DNA of 22,117 nt. Source: Catajapyx aquilonaris (lineage: Eukaryota). Below, piece after piece: positions 19,993 to 22,117 of the stretch; the first letter of the stretch is position 1, and each line of letters opens with the position of its first letter. Made by a program: the position numbers and the translations under genes. Below the pieces are notes generated by a model. That model was given only the letters and a program-made list of their open reading frames with translations. It made no database searches and was not told where the DNA came from. The stretch is taken from positions 124,001 to 146,117 of the forward strand of contig KZ538306.1 in the NCBI GenBank assembly GCA_000934665.2, read 5' to 3'.

Positions 19993-21477
19993 CTAATGTC
20001 TTATGAGAATACCACGTGTCTTGAGTAATTTACCACACCAATTACATTCAAATTGCTGCTCATTTGAGTGTTCACATTTGTGAGCCTTCAAATTTGCAGG
20101 GGAACTAAAACTTTTGGAGCAAGTGCTGCACTTGCAAAAGCTACCTTGCGCATGTGTCAATCTGTGTTTATGCAAATGATGAGGGGAAATAAAGCATTTG
20201 CTACACTCAATGCACATGAATGGTCTCTCCCCCGTGTGACGTCTGATATGAATTTTCAATTTGCTCTTAGAAGAGAGCACTTTATTGCAAGTGACACATT
20301 TTTGTTCATTTCCTCTTGTTTTGTAACCATGAAACTTTTGTCTGTGACGAGTTAGATTCCGTTCGCTTGCACATTTACGTGAGCAATCTGGGCAACTGAT
20401 CATGGACGTGTCTTCCCCATGAAAACTTCTCATGTGATCCTGCAAACCAGATTTACTATCTGAGACTTTAGGGCAGTGTTTGCAAGCATACTTCTTCCTG
20501 TCATATGCACCACTTTCGTGTGCTTTCATGTGGTCTTTCAGACCTTCCCTCAGTTTGAATCCCCTTCCACATTTATCACAAATGAAAGGAATGTCATCTG
20601 AATGCGCCAATAGCTTGTGACGCTGCGCCGATGCTTTTGAACTCAGCCTCTTTGAACACAGGGTACACTTGAATGGCTTCTCACCCGTGTGACTCAGCTC
20701 ATGTACAGCAAGTTTAGCTGTGTCAAAGCATACTTTACCACAATATTTGCACATGTACGTTTTCCCAATGTTATGGGCACGCTTTTTGTGCCTACCCAAA
20801 TGATTTGAATTATAAAATTTCTCAGAACATAGTTCACAAGTGTATACCTTGTCACAGATGTGGTGAAACCTTACATGATTATTGAAGTTCTTCTTGGTTT
20901 TCAGAATTTTGTCACAAAATGGACAGGACACAGATGCATGTGATCCACTGCTGCTACAGAGACTACCTGTCCTATCTCCAAGTAATTTACTGAGGGCTTC
21001 ATTCAAACCTTCTCCTGTATGGTCCTTCTGATGATTTTTGAAATTGTACGGGGACTTGAAGGACTTATTGCACTTGTCACACTTGAAGGGCCTGTCATCA
21101 GAGTGAATTGTCATATGATTAGACAGGGCTGAGGGACTTCCAAATGATCTGTCACACCGTTCACAAGTTAATGACCTCTGACATGACTGCGCCTGAACAT
21201 GAATACTGAGACAGCCCCTGTTTTTAAATACTCTCCCACAGTGTACACAGTCGAGAGATTTGTCCTTGGTGGTCACTGATTTATGACATAACTGGGCATA
21301 AACATGCTTAGTGAGATTGCTCCTGTTTGAAAATACTTTCCTACAGTGTTCACATATGAGATGCTCCTTCCTCCAAAACTTTAAATACTCCACCTTGCTA
21401 GAGGTATTCCCACTATCAGCAAAGGATAGCAACAGTGGCTCTTTCATCTTAACCTTCTCACCTGGTAATGCACAATC
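19993..21477 (-). CDS. Multi-C2H2 zinc-finger protein, large terminal exon with 15 fingers (last one incomplete)
   Basis: Repeated CxxC-x12-H-x3-5-H/C units with HTGEKPF, HTGERPF and HSDDRPF linkers. Acceptor TTTTTTTCAG ends at 21478. Upstream exon(s) not resolved. Confidence 0.9.
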   Translation of the reverse strand, partial: DCALPGEKVKMKEPLLLSFADSGNTSSKVEYLKFWRKEHLICEHCRKVFSNRSNLTKHVYAQLCHKSVTTKDKSLDCVHCGRVFKNRGCLSIHVQAQSCQRSLTCERCDRSFGSPSALSNHMTIHSDDRPFKCDKCNKSFKSPYNFKNHQKDHTGEGLNEALSKLLGDRTGSLCSSSGSHASVSCPFCDKILKTKKNFNNHVRFHHICDKVYTCELCSEKFYNSNHLGRHKKRAHNIGKTYMCKYCGKVCFDTAKLAVHELSHTGEKPFKCTLCSKRLSSKASAQRHKLLAHSDDIPFICDKCGRGFKLREGLKDHMKAHESGAYDRKKYACKHCPKVSDSKSGLQDHMRSFHGEDTSMISCPDCSRKCASERNLTRHRQKFHGYKTRGNEQKCVTCNKVLSSKSKLKIHIRRHTGERPFMCIECSKCFISPHHLHKHRLTHAQGSFCKCSTCSKSFSSPANLKAHKCEHSNEQQFECNWCGKLLKTRGILIRH

Positions 21478-22020
21478 CTGAAAAAAAGATAGAAATACAT
21501 TGTAACCTCGATTTGACAGGTGTGGATGATCCTTGCAATGCCAAAAAAAAAGACTAAAAATAAAAGTCCAAAGTAATGTCAATATGGCTTGCAAAGAAAG
21601 AAAATCAACATACTTTTTCTAGAAGACAAACTAAAAATCTATCCTAAGTTTCATTATTGTGATTAAACCTGATTGAAAAACAGCATGTACGGTAGTTCAT
21701 TAAAAACCCCCTGATTATTTTATTACACTGTACCTGACTGTACTCGTGATTACGCTATGCAACAAAGTGTTCACTACCTCCTACTGCTCAACACGGAACA
21801 TTGCTCTCCAACAACAGAGTGTTTCCACACAATGTTGTGTATCGCGAGGTTTTATGAAAACTTTTCTCATGTCCGATTCAGGAAGTGCACGGGATGTCAA
21901 TTGATGCAATGCCACTCAATTTTTCAACCCCGTATTACGACCAGCTATACGCGAGCCCTCTCACTCAATTTTTTCATTATCATTGTCTTCCTCATTGTAG
22001 ATTTTGCCAAATTTTGGTGC

Positions 22021-22117
22021 TAATAATAATAATACAACAACAACAACAACAACAACATCACGACATTTCCCTATGAGGGGTAGTCAGCGATGAAGGGAGA
22101 CGCAAGCTAACCCAATA
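22021..22117 (-). repeat. (TAA)n(CAA)n compound microsatellite, probably the tail of a SINE/LINE that runs off the window end
   Basis: The minus strand reads ...CCCCTCATAGGGAAATGTCGTGAT(GTT)n(ATT)n, a short stem followed by a simple-repeat tail. Confidence 0.5.

Noticed and set aside
21478..21594. Hydrophobic signal-like N-terminus on the zinc-finger ORF
   Set aside because: Starts at TTG and is T-rich sequence ending in an acceptor, so it is most likely intron.
7491..21790. Stop-codon reassignment suggested by in-frame TGA/TAG at 7491, 19691, 19993 and ~21781
   Set aside because: Intact genes use TAA, TGA and TAG as real stops and have no internal stops. Isolated nonsense changes are the simpler explanation.

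Overview
This is eukaryotic genomic DNA from a compact, gene-dense genome with short (mostly 50-130 bp) spliceosomal introns. It is probably an arthropod, judged from the crustin-like gene and the arthropod-type tektin-3 N-terminus. Recognisable genes are an intact 11-exon ILVBL/HACL2 (-), an F-box/LRR gene (+) that needs a GC-AG intron, a crustin-like WAP-domain peptide (-), a tektin-3/5-like gene (-) with an X-box and a CRE upstream, a 15-finger zinc-finger gene (-) and a decayed ACAD9/enigma fragment (-). Two adjacent orphan secreted proteins (-) only appear after splicing, and one carries ten xxxWxP hexapeptide repeats. Non-coding structure includes a ~920-bp nested foldback element, a ~420-bp palindromic MITE, a SINE-core remnant, retroelement-like tails and two pre-miRNA-like hairpins. 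All gene models were derived by hand from splice-site consensus and reading-frame phase. Homology calls come from recalled family motifs, not from database searches.
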